Assembly (NCBI GenBank): GCA_016176685.1
Contig: JACOWS010000002.1
Coordinates: forward strand, 30,608-94,607
Origin: Patescibacteria group bacterium
Lineage (GTDB): Bacteria; Patescibacteriota; Minisyncoccia; Phycocordibacterales; SBAW01
Direction of reading: 5' to 3'
Length of the DNA stretch: 64,000 bases
The notes under the pieces are model-generated. The model searched no databases, had not been told where the DNA came from, and saw nothing but the letters and a program-made list of their open reading frames with translations. Positions 1 to 9,895 of this stretch are shown here, piece by piece (position 1 is the stretch's first letter; every line of letters starts with the position of its first letter). Both the position numbers and the translations under genes were made by a program.

Positions 1-663
1 CGTCACCTTAACGAGTACTCCTCAATGGACTTTGAAATGGGCTTTATACACGACCACACCGACGTGATGACTGTGCTTGAAAAGGCAATACGCCATATTG
101 TTGAAAAGGTGCAGGGACACCACCTAGATGTGTTCGAGCTTTTTGGCGCAGAACTTCCCCTTTTACCGGAAAAGATTCCTGTTTTGAAACTGCGCGAAGC
201 ACAAGATATTTTGGGGGTGGAAGAGGAGCCAGACCTCGAGCCGGAGCATGAGAAAAAACTTTGCGAGTGGGCAAAAAAAGAAAAGGGGAGCGATTTTGTG
301 TTTGTCACCCACTACCCAGTTTCCAAACGCCCATTTTATACCTACGAAGACGAGGCGGACCCAGGCTACACCAAGAGTTTCGACCTTTTGTTTCGCGGGC
401 TGGAGATCACCACCGGCGGTCAGCGTGTCCACGACTACGACACTTTAGTGGAGAAAATAAAAGACAAAGGGATGAACTCGGAAAAGTTCTCCTTTTACCT
501 GCAGGCGTTTAAGGTGGGATTACCGCCGCATGGAGGCAGCGCCACGGGGCTTGAGCGTGTAACCGCGCGACTCCTTAACCTGCCCAATGTCAAAGAGGCG
601 ACCCTATTCCCCCGCGACCTCAACCGCATCGACCTCCTCCTCTCCACCGATAAAAAAGAGTAA
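1..663 (+). CDS. Class IIb aspartyl/asparaginyl-tRNA synthetase, C-terminal part (archaeal-type AspRS-like); 5' end lies outside the window
   Basis: Translation contains class II motif 3 and the archaeal-type AspRS/AsnRS C-terminal motifs 'GLPPHGGSATGLERV' and 'FPRDLNRIDL'. The ORF is open to the window start. Confidence 0.75.
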   Translation, partial: RHLNEYSSMDFEMGFIHDHTDVMTVLEKAIRHIVEKVQGHHLDVFELFGAELPLLPEKIPVLKLREAQDILGVEEEPDLEPEHEKKLCEWAKKEKGSDFVFVTHYPVSKRPFYTYEDEADPGYTKSFDLLFRGLEITTGGQRVHDYDTLVEKIKDKGMNSEKFSFYLQAFKVGLPPHGGSATGLERVTARLLNLPNVKEATLFPRDLNRIDLLLSTDKKE

Positions 664-708
664 CTACCGCGCCGGCTTTAAAATCACCTTATTTTTAGCT
701 ACAATAGG

Positions 709-1944
709 GTGGATATGGAAAAAGCGTACACCCCCAGTAAAGTAGTATTAAAGCGCTATGCCGACGTGCTGGTCAAGTTTGCACTTAACCACGGCAAGGG
801 TATTAAAAAAGGAGACGTAGTCAACATCAACGGGCCGGAGAGTTCTAAGCCGCTGTTTTTGGCTGTACGCACGGCAATTTTAAAAGCTGGCGGGCATGTG
901 ATACAGCACTACCTGCCGGATGACGACGACCGCTACAATTTTAGCGCCACGTTTTTTGAGCATGCCAAAGCGCATCAGCTCGACTTTTTTCCGCAACACT
1001 ACTTTAGGGGGTTGGTTGACCAAATGGACCATGTGTTGTTTATACTCGGCAACACCGACCCGCATGCGCTCAAAGGTGTCCATCCTAAAAAAATCATGCG
1101 TCGCGGAGAGGCGATGAAGCCTTACCTAAACTGGCGCCGGCACAAGGAACATCAGGGTAAATTGTCTTGGACTATCGCACTCTACGGCACGCCGGCTATG
1201 GCAAAAGAGGCCGGCCTTTCACCCCGCGCTTACTGGAAGGAAATCGAAAAGGCCTGTTTTCTAAAAGACAAAAACCCCGTCGCCGCTTGGCGCCGCGTCT
1301 ATCGCGACATCCACGCTTACAACCGCAAACTTGACGCCCTTTCTCCTTACATTGAAAAACTCCATATAGAAGGAGCTGATGCGGACCTCTGGATTACTCT
1401 GGGCAAAAAGCGCAGGTGGCTCTCCGGCCGCGGCGCCAACGTACCTAGCTTTGAGATTTTTACCAGCCCCGACTGGCGCGGAACCGAGGGCTGGATACGC
1501 TTCAACCAGCCGCTCTACCGCTACGGCAGCCGTGTAACCGGCATTGAGTTGTGGTTTAAAAAAGGCCGTGTGGTAAAAGCAAAAGCCAAAACAGGCGAGA
1601 AATTGCTTAAAGAGATGGTACACACCCCGGGAGCTGATAGGGTGGGGGAGTTTTCGCTTACAGACAAGCGTTTTTCCCGCATTACCAAGTTTATGGCGGA
1701 AACTTTGTTTGACGAAAACATCGGCGGACCCCAGGGCAACACACACATCGCGCTTGGCGCCTCATATGCCGACTCTTACGCGGGCGACGTACGCACACTG
1801 ACAGAGAAGCAAAAGATAAAGCTCGGCTTTAATGATTCCTCCGTGCACACCGACATCATCTCCACCGCCAAGCGCCGTGTTGTCGCGCACCTCTTTGGCG
1901 GCAAAACAAAAGTGATATATGAAAATGGCGAATTTGTTATATAA
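709..1944 (+). CDS. M29 family aminopeptidase (AmpS/PepS-like)
   Basis: 411 aa; the overall sequence is typical of thermophilic metalloprotease family M29 (e.g. '...GPQGNTHIALG...'). Confidence 0.8.
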   Translation: MDMEKAYTPSKVVLKRYADVLVKFALNHGKGIKKGDVVNINGPESSKPLFLAVRTAILKAGGHVIQHYLPDDDDRYNFSATFFEHAKAHQLDFFPQHYFRGLVDQMDHVLFILGNTDPHALKGVHPKKIMRRGEAMKPYLNWRRHKEHQGKLSWTIALYGTPAMAKEAGLSPRAYWKEIEKACFLKDKNPVAAWRRVYRDIHAYNRKLDALSPYIEKLHIEGADADLWITLGKKRRWLSGRGANVPSFEIFTSPDWRGTEGWIRFNQPLYRYGSRVTGIELWFKKGRVVKAKAKTGEKLLKEMVHTPGADRVGEFSLTDKRFSRITKFMAETLFDENIGGPQGNTHIALGASYADSYAGDVRTLTEKQKIKLGFNDSSVHTDIISTAKRRVVAHLFGGKTKVIYENGEFVI

Positions 1945-1967
1945 CCTTCTGCACGATATGAATCCAG

Positions 1968-2030
1968 CACACCTGCTCAAGAGGGTAGGACTTGGCCTAG
2001 CGGCCCGGAGCGCCCTCTTGAGCAGGTGTG
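1968..2030 (+). repeat. Family 1 conserved-loop hairpin element, copy 1 (18-bp perfect stem plus 27-nt conserved loop TAGGACTTGGCCTAGCGGCCCGGAGCG)
   Basis: cacacctgctcaagaggg / ccctcttgagcaggtgtg is a perfect inverted repeat around the conserved core. It lies just 3' of the aminopeptidase stop. Confidence 0.85.
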
Positions 2031-2043
2031 TTGGCTAAATTAT

Positions 2044-2766
2044 ATGCCCATAACGGTTAAAACTCCTGTGTACGAAGGGCCGCTCGACCTCCTTTTGGAG
2101 TTGGTGGAGAAGCGCAAGCTGCTCATTAACGACATCTCGCTGGCAGCCGTGACCGAAGAATATTTAGAGCGCGTCAACGCTATGGCAAGCGCCCCCGTAG
2201 GGGAAACGGCGGAGTTTGTCGCGCTCGCCGCCACGCTCCTCCTTATAAAATCCCGATCGCTATTGCCTTTTCTATCCCTAACCGGCGAAGAGGAGCGAGA
2301 CATTAAAGAGCTCGAGTACCGCCTTGCGCTTTACCAGATTATTAAAAAGGCTGGGAGCGGTGTTGCTGCAGCCATGAGCGCCCCCTACCTATTTGAGGGA
2401 GGTGAGCCAGAACCAGCGCCTTTATATGCTCCCGACCTTTCTGTAACAGTGGAAAGTATAAGCAATGCGGTGCATGCTCTTATCGACGGCTTTCCGCAAG
2501 CACTCATGCTACCAAAGGTTGCGGTCAAAAAAATGGTTTCGCTTGAAGAGATGGTGACGCGGCTCGAGGCGCGGGTCAGTAATGCCCTGCGCCTTTCGTT
2601 TAAAGAGTTTTCAGGGCTTGGAAAACGCGAGCGTACCGAGGTGGTGGTGAGCTTTTTGGCGCTCCTGGAGCTGGTAAAAAGGGGTATAATAAAAGTCACA
2701 CAGGAGCGAGACTTCGGGGATATTATGCTTGAGTCTGATTCTGTTTCTACACCTACATATGAATGA
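2044..2766 (+). CDS. scpA: Segregation and condensation protein A (ScpA)
   Basis: N-terminus 'PVYEGPLDLLLELVEKRKLLINDISLAAVTEEYLE' is typical of ScpA. It overlaps the downstream scpB. Confidence 0.85.
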   Translation: MPITVKTPVYEGPLDLLLELVEKRKLLINDISLAAVTEEYLERVNAMASAPVGETAEFVALAATLLLIKSRSLLPFLSLTGEEERDIKELEYRLALYQIIKKAGSGVAAAMSAPYLFEGGEPEPAPLYAPDLSVTVESISNAVHALIDGFPQALMLPKVAVKKMVSLEEMVTRLEARVSNALRLSFKEFSGLGKRERTEVVVSFLALLELVKRGIIKVTQERDFGDIMLESDSVSTPTYE

Positions 2767-3322
2767 CCGAGAGCTTATTACACGTCTAGAGGCTCTCCTT
2801 TTTGCGCTGGGGCCATTAAGCCGCGAGGAGCTTGCTAAGTCTCTTGATGTACCTCTGCCGGAGTGCGAGAGGGTTCTTGCGACACTGATTATGGAAAGCC
2901 GTACACGCGGGGTGGTGGTTGTATACGACGGCTCCATGGCCGAGATGCGCGCTTCGCCGCAAGCCGCGGAGCATATAGAGCGTGTGCGTAAAGAAGCGTT
3001 TACCAGAGAAATAGGCCGCGCAGGGCAAGAGACATTGGCCGCGGTGTTGTACCGGGGGCCGCTCACCCGCAGCGAGATAGACTTTATACGCGGGGTCAAC
3101 TCGAGCCACATCCTGCGCACGCTTACCATGCGCGGGTTGGTGCGCAAAGTGGCGAACCCAAAAGATACGCGCTCCTTTTTGTACGAACCCACCACCGAAA
3201 CGTACGCACACCTGGGGGTGCAGGGGCGCGGCGACTTGCCCGGCTATACGACGGTGCGCCAACAGCTGGCCGCGCTTGAGGAAACCTATCGTTCCGAGCA
3301 GGACTCAACCAACTCATCATGA
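2759..3322 (+). CDS. scpB: Segregation and condensation protein B (ScpB)
   Basis: 'LEALLFALGPLSREELAKSL...' winged-helix ScpB signature; start chosen at MNDREL. Confidence 0.8.
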   Translation: MNDRELITRLEALLFALGPLSREELAKSLDVPLPECERVLATLIMESRTRGVVVVYDGSMAEMRASPQAAEHIERVRKEAFTREIGRAGQETLAAVLYRGPLTRSEIDFIRGVNSSHILRTLTMRGLVRKVANPKDTRSFLYEPTTETYAHLGVQGRGDLPGYTTVRQQLAALEETYRSEQDSTNSS

Positions 3323-3329
3323 TATCTAT

Positions 3330-4226
3330 ATGATAAAACCCATCACTCTTACTCGCACTACCTACACTTTTTTATTCGCAACAGCTTCTCTGTGTCTTGC
3401 GGTACTCATCACCATACAGGTGCCGCCATTTATGGGCGTGCCGGTTGAAGCTAAGGAGCTGGCGGTATTCCCCGCTCCTATCACGCTTCCCGCGGAGGAT
3501 ATAGCAGCAAAAGCGGCCGTGCTTTATGACCCAACCACCGGCCAGATTTTATTTGCAAAAAATGCTACAAGGCCTCTCGCGCTCGCGTCCCTTACCAAAC
3601 TCATGACCGCGCAGGTCATTTTGGCTCAATCCAGCGAACAGCAGGTAGTTACCATTACTTCGCAAAACTTGCGGCCGGAAGGCGACTGGGGTCTCCGTCC
3701 CGGAGAGAAGTGGTCGGTTGAGCAATTGCTGCGCTTTGGTCTTGTCGCTTCAGCAAACGACGCAATGGCCGCAGCCGCGGATGCCATTGGCCCCACCATT
3801 ATCGACGAGATGAACCGCACCGCAAGGGTCTTGGGGCTTTCGCAGACGCACTTTTCAAACCCTACCGGGTTGGATCTCGACCTGGAAACCGCCGGGGCGT
3901 ATGGGTCGGCCTACGATGTCGCGCTTCTTGCAACCTCTTTTATGCAACGCTATCCGACTCTTTTGGGGGCTACCGCCCAGCCGTCAGTTACCATAACTTC
4001 AGGCGAAGTACAGCTTAACGCCACCTCAACCGACACGCCGCTCTTGGACATCCCAGGGCTAGTAGGTGCAAAAACAGGATACACTGACCTGGCAGGCGGC
4101 AACCTTATTGTTGTGTTTGATGTAGAGATAGGACATCCGCTTATTGCGGTTGTGCTCGGTTCAACGCGCGAAAAACGTTTTGATGATATACGTGCTCTGG
4201 TGGTGGCCGTGCGCGCCAAACGATAA
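3330..4226 (+). CDS. D-alanyl-D-alanine carboxypeptidase (serine-type, S11/PBP5-like)
   Basis: SxxK (SLTK), SxN (SAND) and KTG (KTGYT) motifs; N-terminal signal/TM segment. Confidence 0.8.
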   Translation: MIKPITLTRTTYTFLFATASLCLAVLITIQVPPFMGVPVEAKELAVFPAPITLPAEDIAAKAAVLYDPTTGQILFAKNATRPLALASLTKLMTAQVILAQSSEQQVVTITSQNLRPEGDWGLRPGEKWSVEQLLRFGLVASANDAMAAAADAIGPTIIDEMNRTARVLGLSQTHFSNPTGLDLDLETAGAYGSAYDVALLATSFMQRYPTLLGATAQPSVTITSGEVQLNATSTDTPLLDIPGLVGAKTGYTDLAGGNLIVVFDVEIGHPLIAVVLGSTREKRFDDIRALVVAVRAKR

Positions 4227-4233
4227 ATAACGT

Positions 4234-5289
4234 ATGACTACTTTAGACCTAATGCGCATATTTTTGCCATCCTTGATCGCATTCCTCTTTGGCGTGGGGA
4301 TGACGCCGTTTGTAAGTCATGTGCTTTATACGTACCGCTTTTGGAAGCCGCGCGCGGGGAAAATCGGACTCGATGGCACGCCCGCCGAAACTTTTAACCG
4401 TCTGCATGAAAAAAGAGAAGTCGGCACGCCGCGCGCCGGGGGCATCTTGGTGTGGGGAAGTGTACTGGTAACCGCAGGGGTCTTGAGACTCCTCTCTATT
4501 AATTTTCCCGAGGTGTTTGCACAAATTGATTTTATCAGCCGCACCCAAACCTGGCTGCCGCTTGCGGCTTTAGCGGCGGGAGCCCTGGTGGGTTTCGCAG
4601 ACGATTACTTCGAAGTGCGCGGGCGCGGCGGTTTGCCATTGCGTGTGCGCCTGCTTGCGGTGGCCATGGTAGCGTCGTTTTGCGCCTGGTGGTTTTTTAG
4701 CAAGCTGGGGGTGTCGGCGATTTCTTTCCCGTTCGTGGAGGGGCCGCTAGAGCTTGGGTGGCTGTTTATACCGTTTTTTGTTTTGACCGCGTTATTTTTA
4801 TACGCCAGCGGCGTTATAGACGGAATAGACGGACTTTCAGGCGGTGTCTACGGAGCAATTTTTGCCGCATACGCAGGGCTCGCATTTTTCCAAAACCAGA
4901 TGGACATCGCCGGGCTGTCTGCAGCAATAACCGGGGCTCTCTTGGCGTTTTTATGGTTTAACATCCCGCCAGCCCGCTTTTACCTTTCTGAAACGGGGAC
5001 CATGGGGCTCGCACTCGCACTGACCGTTATAGCATTTTTAACAGATGCGCACGGTTACGGACGCGGAGTGCTGGCTCTCCCGGTTATTGCGTTTCCGTTG
5101 GTGGTGACCGTTCTGTCTGTCATAGTACAGATGTCTTCCAAAAAACTTTTTGGGCATAAAATCTTACGCGTTGCGCCGCTCCACCATCACTTTGAAGCAA
5201 TAGGTTGGCCGGCATACAAGGTAACCATGCGATACTGGGTCGTCAGTATGATTGCCGCCATTATAGGCCTTTCTATAGCGCTATTGTGA
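4234..5289 (+). CDS. mraY: Phospho-N-acetylmuramoyl-pentapeptide transferase MraY
   Basis: Polytopic membrane protein with 'IDGIDGLSGG' and 'HHHFE' MraY signatures. Confidence 0.9.
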   Translation: MTTLDLMRIFLPSLIAFLFGVGMTPFVSHVLYTYRFWKPRAGKIGLDGTPAETFNRLHEKREVGTPRAGGILVWGSVLVTAGVLRLLSINFPEVFAQIDFISRTQTWLPLAALAAGALVGFADDYFEVRGRGGLPLRVRLLAVAMVASFCAWWFFSKLGVSAISFPFVEGPLELGWLFIPFFVLTALFLYASGVIDGIDGLSGGVYGAIFAAYAGLAFFQNQMDIAGLSAAITGALLAFLWFNIPPARFYLSETGTMGLALALTVIAFLTDAHGYGRGVLALPVIAFPLVVTVLSVIVQMSSKKLFGHKILRVAPLHHHFEAIGWPAYKVTMRYWVVSMIAAIIGLSIALL

Positions 5290-6383
5290 GGAAGCCCGTT
5301 GACACCGCCTTTTTACTCACCGCGAGCGCTCTGGTCGTAGCCGGGCTCCTTATATTTACCTCTGCGGCTCTTGGGCTTTTGGCACGCGACGGAGGGGCCA
5401 CGTTTACCTCGGTGGCGGTCAGCCAACTCTTGCTTGGACTGGTGTGCGGGGGCATTCTGAGCTACCTTCTTGCCCGCACAGACTACCGCTTGTGGCGCCG
5501 ATACACGCCATACCTCTTTGGCTTTGCCCTGCTACTCACCCTGCTGACTCTTATCCCTCACGTAGGACTTACGCTTAAGGGAGCGTCGCGTTGGATTTCT
5601 CTTGGTCCCATCTCCTTTCAACCGTCAGAGTTGTTAAAGTTTGCGACGGTGGCGTTTCTCGCCGCGATGTATGCCACGCATTACAAACAAATAAGAACCT
5701 GGCGCTGGGGCATACTCCCGCTCATCCTTATAGCCGGCAGTGCGACTCTTGTGGTTTTACGCCAGCCAGACACCGCGAGCGCCATGGTGATAGCTCTGTC
5801 CGCAGTGGTTATGTTGTTTACTGCCGGGGGTAAACTTTCGCATCTGGCGCTCCTGGCTCTTATAGGAGTGTCTTTAGTCGGTTTTGCCGCCTACGAGCGT
5901 CCCTATGTGGCCGAACGCCTGCTGACTTTTATCAACCAGGGAGCCGACCCGCAGGGCGCCGGCTGGCAAATACAGCAGTCGCTTATATCGGTTGGCTCCG
6001 GAGGTCTCTTTGGCCGCGGATTTGGACAAAGCATAGAAAAGTTTTCCTACCTGCCGGAGCCTATCGGCGACTCGATTTTTGCAGTTGCCGGTGAGGAGTT
6101 TGGGTTTGTTGGTTCCGGAATACTCCTTGGACTCTTTGTCGCCTTTGCCGTGCTGGGGCTCCGGATAGCGGCGCGCGCGCCAGACCCGTTTGGCGGCCTT
6201 TTGGCTGTTGGCATCGTGGTCTTGATAGTTGGGCAGTCGTTTTTTAACATTGCTTCAACGCTCGGACTGGTACCCTTGGTGGGAGTTCCGCTTATATTTG
6301 TCTCGCACGGCGGGACCGCGCTTGCTATAGCGCTCATCGAGGTGGGAGTGCTGTTGAGTGTCTCTCGACGGATGAAAAAATAA
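5286..6383 (+). CDS. ftsW: SEDS family peptidoglycan polymerase FtsW (or RodA)
   Basis: 'LPEPIGDSIFAVAGEEFGF' SEDS motif; position between mraY and murG. GTG start overlaps the mraY stop. Confidence 0.8.
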   Translation: MRKPVDTAFLLTASALVVAGLLIFTSAALGLLARDGGATFTSVAVSQLLLGLVCGGILSYLLARTDYRLWRRYTPYLFGFALLLTLLTLIPHVGLTLKGASRWISLGPISFQPSELLKFATVAFLAAMYATHYKQIRTWRWGILPLILIAGSATLVVLRQPDTASAMVIALSAVVMLFTAGGKLSHLALLALIGVSLVGFAAYERPYVAERLLTFINQGADPQGAGWQIQQSLISVGSGGLFGRGFGQSIEKFSYLPEPIGDSIFAVAGEEFGFVGSGILLGLFVAFAVLGLRIAARAPDPFGGLLAVGIVVLIVGQSFFNIASTLGLVPLVGVPLIFVSHGGTALAIALIEVGVLLSVSRRMKK

Positions 6384-6408
6384 CAGAGTCTGCTACACTA
6401 CAAAGGAC

Positions 6409-7539
6409 ATGAAGATACTCTTTACCGGATCGGGTTCAGGAGGGCACTTTTACCCGATTATCGCGGTGGCCGAGTCCATGAGCGACGCGGTGCGCGAGAG
6501 AAAACTGCTTGAGCCCACATTGTACTACGCGGCACCAACTCCGTACGATCGCGAACTTCTTATAGCAAACGGTATTACCTTTGTACCGACCGCAGCAGGA
6601 AAAATGCGTCGCTATTTTTCTCTACTTAACATTGTCGACATCTTCAAAACAGGATGGGGAGTGATACGAGCTTTTGTGCGAGTGTTCTTTCTATACCCAG
6701 ACGCCGTCTTTGGCACCGGGGGCTATGCATCGTTTCCAACCATTTTAGCCGCGCGCTTTTTCCGCATACCGGTGGTGATATACGCAGCCGATGTGGTGCC
6801 CAGCCGAGTCAACCTCTGGGCGGGAAAGTTTGCGCGTAAGGTAGCCATAGCTTTTCCCGAGGCATCACGCTATTTTCCTGAAGATCGGGTCGCGCACACG
6901 GGCGCCCCGGTGCGCAAGGCGGCGCTCTTGCCCGCACGCGAGGGCATGCACGAATTCTTAAAGCTTGAACATACTGTACCGGTCCTGTTAATTCTTGGCG
7001 GCTCACAGGGAGCGCAGGTGATCAACGAGGGAGTGTTGGCGGCATTGCCACAGCTGGTGGAGAAATATCAAGTGGTGCACCAAACCGGCGAAAAAAATAT
7101 TGAGGAGATGGTCGGGCGCGCAAAAGTGGCTCTTGAAAATTCAAACCATGCGGAGCGCTATCGTCCTTTTAGCTACCTTAACGACCTGGCCTTGCGCATG
7201 GCTGCGGGCGCCGCGGCGATGGTTGTCTCACGTGCCGGATCGGGGAGCATTTTTGAAATTGCCGCGTGGGGGCTGCCTTCAATCCTAATTCCCATCCCTG
7301 AACCAACTTCCCACGACCAGGAAAAAAACGCATTTGCTTACGCTCGTTCGGGTGCCGCGGTAGTTATTGAGCAAAACAACCTGACCCCCGGGCTCCTCAT
7401 TTCCGAAATCAACCGCATTTTAGAACAGCCGGAACTCTCTCGCGGCATGTCCGAAAAAGCGCGCGCCTTTGCCCGAGTTGACGCTTCCAAAACAATAGCA
7501 AACGCCCTATTAGATATAGCAATCTCCCACGAGTCATGA
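6409..7539 (+). CDS. murG: Undecaprenyl-PP-MurNAc-pentapeptide-UDPGlcNAc GlcNAc transferase MurG
   Basis: 'MKILFTGSGSGGHFYPIIAV' N-terminal G-loop; GT28 architecture. Confidence 0.9.
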   Translation: MKILFTGSGSGGHFYPIIAVAESMSDAVRERKLLEPTLYYAAPTPYDRELLIANGITFVPTAAGKMRRYFSLLNIVDIFKTGWGVIRAFVRVFFLYPDAVFGTGGYASFPTILAARFFRIPVVIYAADVVPSRVNLWAGKFARKVAIAFPEASRYFPEDRVAHTGAPVRKAALLPAREGMHEFLKLEHTVPVLLILGGSQGAQVINEGVLAALPQLVEKYQVVHQTGEKNIEEMVGRAKVALENSNHAERYRPFSYLNDLALRMAAGAAAMVVSRAGSGSIFEIAAWGLPSILIPIPEPTSHDQEKNAFAYARSGAAVVIEQNNLTPGLLISEINRILEQPELSRGMSEKARAFARVDASKTIANALLDIAISHES

Positions 7540-7569
7540 GCCTATAATCACACAAATATTTAAAACTCT

Positions 7570-8067
7570 ATGACTAACTATGAAGCACGCACATCCGACA
7601 ATAAGTGTGTATTTTGCGAAATCGCCAATGGCCACCTGCCGGCAGCAATTTTCTGGGAGGACAGAGAGTTTTTAGCATTCTTGTCTATTGATCCCAATAC
7701 TGAGGGTTTTTCTTGTGTTATCCCAAAACAACATTATGGGAGCGATGTACTTAAAATGCCCGATGAAATACTTATACGTTTTGTCCTGGTTGCTAAAAAA
7801 ATCAGTGAAATTCTTGAGAATTACTACACCGACGTTGGCAGAGTTGGACTTGTAATGGAAGGGACCGGGATAGATCATGCTCATATCAAACTCATACCTT
7901 TACATGATACTGAGCATATGAAGCGTGGAGAATGGAAACAATACCTTTCAAAACAAAACCATTGGTTTGACACATATGAGGGGTGGGTTTCTTCTGCTGG
8001 TGGACCATTAATTGACCGAGAGGAATTAAAAGTATTGGCGGAAAAGATACGGAAATCTCTAAAATAG
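7570..8067 (+). CDS. HIT family hydrolase
   Basis: Histidine triad 'DHAHIKLIP' and 'CVFCEI' zinc-binding N-terminus. Confidence 0.8.
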   Translation: MTNYEARTSDNKCVFCEIANGHLPAAIFWEDREFLAFLSIDPNTEGFSCVIPKQHYGSDVLKMPDEILIRFVLVAKKISEILENYYTDVGRVGLVMEGTGIDHAHIKLIPLHDTEHMKRGEWKQYLSKQNHWFDTYEGWVSSAGGPLIDREELKVLAEKIRKSLK

Positions 8068-8139
8068 GGGGTAGGGCGAGAATGGCCTATTCTCTAGCTT
8101 GACACACTGCGATGATAGGAGTAGTACTGTATCCACGCT

Positions 8140-8472
8140 ATGGGTAGCAAACACGCCGCCAGCAAGATATATTCTAATATTCTGAAGAATAACAGAATAA
8201 AGTCTGCTAGGACGCCAAAGCAATTAGAACGACACTTTAAGGGAGTCGCCAATCATCGTCGGATCGAGATTTTACTGCTTGTGGCAAAACGAGAGGGAAT
8301 CACTACGGAAGCGATTTCAACTACGCTTGACTGCAATTTTAAAACAATTTCTTCTCACACTCAACGCTTGATACAAGCTGGTTTACTAGAGAAAAAGTAC
8401 CTTGCACAAAGCGTACTCCATACGCTTTCGCCTCATGGAAAAATGGTGCACACCTTTATTCAATCATTCTGA
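8140..8472 (+). CDS. ArsR/SmtB family transcriptional regulator
   Basis: 'LERHFKGVANHRRIEILLLV...ISSHTQRLIQAGLL' matches the ArsR HTH layout. Confidence 0.7.
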   Translation: MGSKHAASKIYSNILKNNRIKSARTPKQLERHFKGVANHRRIEILLLVAKREGITTEAISTTLDCNFKTISSHTQRLIQAGLLEKKYLAQSVLHTLSPHGKMVHTFIQSF

Positions 8473-8492
8473 TATTCTGAAGAATATCAGAA
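8467..8492. promoter_or_regulatory. Perfect 11-4-11 palindrome TTCTGATATTC-TGAA-GAATATCAGAA (candidate operator) overlapping the ArsR stop and upstream of gltX; an imperfect copy lies at 8172-8197
   Basis: Read directly from the sequence. The second copy has two mismatches and lies within codons 11-19 of the ArsR ORF; a half-site is near 8523. Confidence 0.5.
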
Positions 8493-8541
8493 TACAAGCA
8501 GCGAAGAGGTCAAGGGTCGGAAATTCTGATATAGTTTTTAC

Positions 8542-9891
8542 ATGGGAGAAAAAATAATAACGCGGTTTGCGCCAAGCCCAACCGGGAACCTCAACATTGG
8601 CGGGGTGCGGGCGGGGATTTTTGCCTACCTGTTTGCCCGCCACAGCAAAGGGGAGTTTATCGTGCGTATAGAAGACACTGACCGGCTACGTAGTACCAAA
8701 GAGTATGAGGAGAATATTTTAGAAGCGCTTGCGTGGCTCGGGCTCGAGTATGACCGCCTCTTTAGACAGAGCGAACATGCCGCACGACACGAGGAGTTGT
8801 TGCGAAAGTTGGTTGCAGAAGGTAAGGCGTATGTGTCTCAAGAAAATACCGAGGCAACACCTTCCAAAGCTAAGGAGTCGCCTCAAAAAGGAGGGAAGGG
8901 GAGGGGTGAAGTAATCCGTTTTAAAAACCCAAATAAAACAATCAGCTTTGACGACGTGGTGCATGGCTCTATTTCCTTTGAAACCGCCGAGCTTAAAGAT
9001 TTTGTTATCGCCAAGAGTTTTACCGAGCCGGTTTTTCACTTTGCAGTCGTCGCTGACGACTGGGACGAAGGCGTAACTCACGTAGTGCGCGGCGAGGACC
9101 ACATCTCCAATACCCCCAGGCAAATACTGATCGGTGAGGCGCTTGGCGCGCCACGGCCCGTGTATGCCCACCTACCGCTTATCCTCGGCCCCGACCGCGC
9201 AAAGCTCTCTAAGCGTAAAGGGGCCAGGGCGCTCACCGAGTACCGCGAAGCGGGCTACCTACCGGAGGCTATTCTTAATTTTGATGCACTGCTGGGATGG
9301 CACCCCAGAGGAGAGGAAGAGATTTTGACCAAAGAGCAGTTGATCGAGCTGTTTACCCTTGAGCGAGTGCAAAAAAGCCCCGCGATATTTGATGAAGGAA
9401 AACTGCTCTGGTTTAACCGCGAGCATATTAAACGCCTTTCGGACGAAGAATTTGCTCGCCGGTTAGAACAATTTTCCTCTACCTCTGTAAACCCGGCACT
9501 CGTGCCGCTCCTTAAAGAGCGGGTACAAACACTCCGCGATGCTTCCGAAACTCTACAGAGCGGGGAACTTAGTTTTTTGAAGGAAGCTGCGGTATATGAC
9601 AAAGAGTTGCTTTTGAAGGGTGCCAAGGCAGAGGGCCCCGACGTGCAGAAAAACCTTTCCCGAGTGGCCGAGATGCTTGGGGAGATAGGGGTAGGAGATT
9701 TTACTGCAGAGAAAGTTACAGAGGTCGTTTTCCCCTACGCAACTAAGGTAGGGAGGGCTAGAGTATTGTGGCCTATGCGGGTAGCGCTCTGTGGGACGGA
9801 AAGGTCGCCAGACCCGTTTACTCTGGCCGGTCTTTTGGGCAAGGAAAAAACGTTGGAGCGGCTGGGTAAAGCGATCAATATGCTACAGTAA
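8542..9891 (+). CDS. gltX: Glutamyl-tRNA synthetase
   Basis: 'FAPSPTGNLNIGGVRAGIFAYLFAR' (HIGH region) and 'KLSKR' (KMSKS) motifs. Confidence 0.9.
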   Translation: MGEKIITRFAPSPTGNLNIGGVRAGIFAYLFARHSKGEFIVRIEDTDRLRSTKEYEENILEALAWLGLEYDRLFRQSEHAARHEELLRKLVAEGKAYVSQENTEATPSKAKESPQKGGKGRGEVIRFKNPNKTISFDDVVHGSISFETAELKDFVIAKSFTEPVFHFAVVADDWDEGVTHVVRGEDHISNTPRQILIGEALGAPRPVYAHLPLILGPDRAKLSKRKGARALTEYREAGYLPEAILNFDALLGWHPRGEEEILTKEQLIELFTLERVQKSPAIFDEGKLLWFNREHIKRLSDEEFARRLEQFSSTSVNPALVPLLKERVQTLRDASETLQSGELSFLKEAAVYDKELLLKGAKAEGPDVQKNLSRVAEMLGEIGVGDFTAEKVTEVVFPYATKVGRARVLWPMRVALCGTERSPDPFTLAGLLGKEKTLERLGKAINMLQ

Positions 9892-9895
9892 AGCA

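Noticed and set aside
1968-2030. Interpretation of the family 1/2 hairpins as plain Rho-independent terminators
   Set aside because: Most copies lack a downstream U-tract. One copy is inside an intact ORF (mpg). The loop, which is irrelevant for intrinsic termination, is the conserved part. A terminator role may exist but does not explain the conservation pattern.
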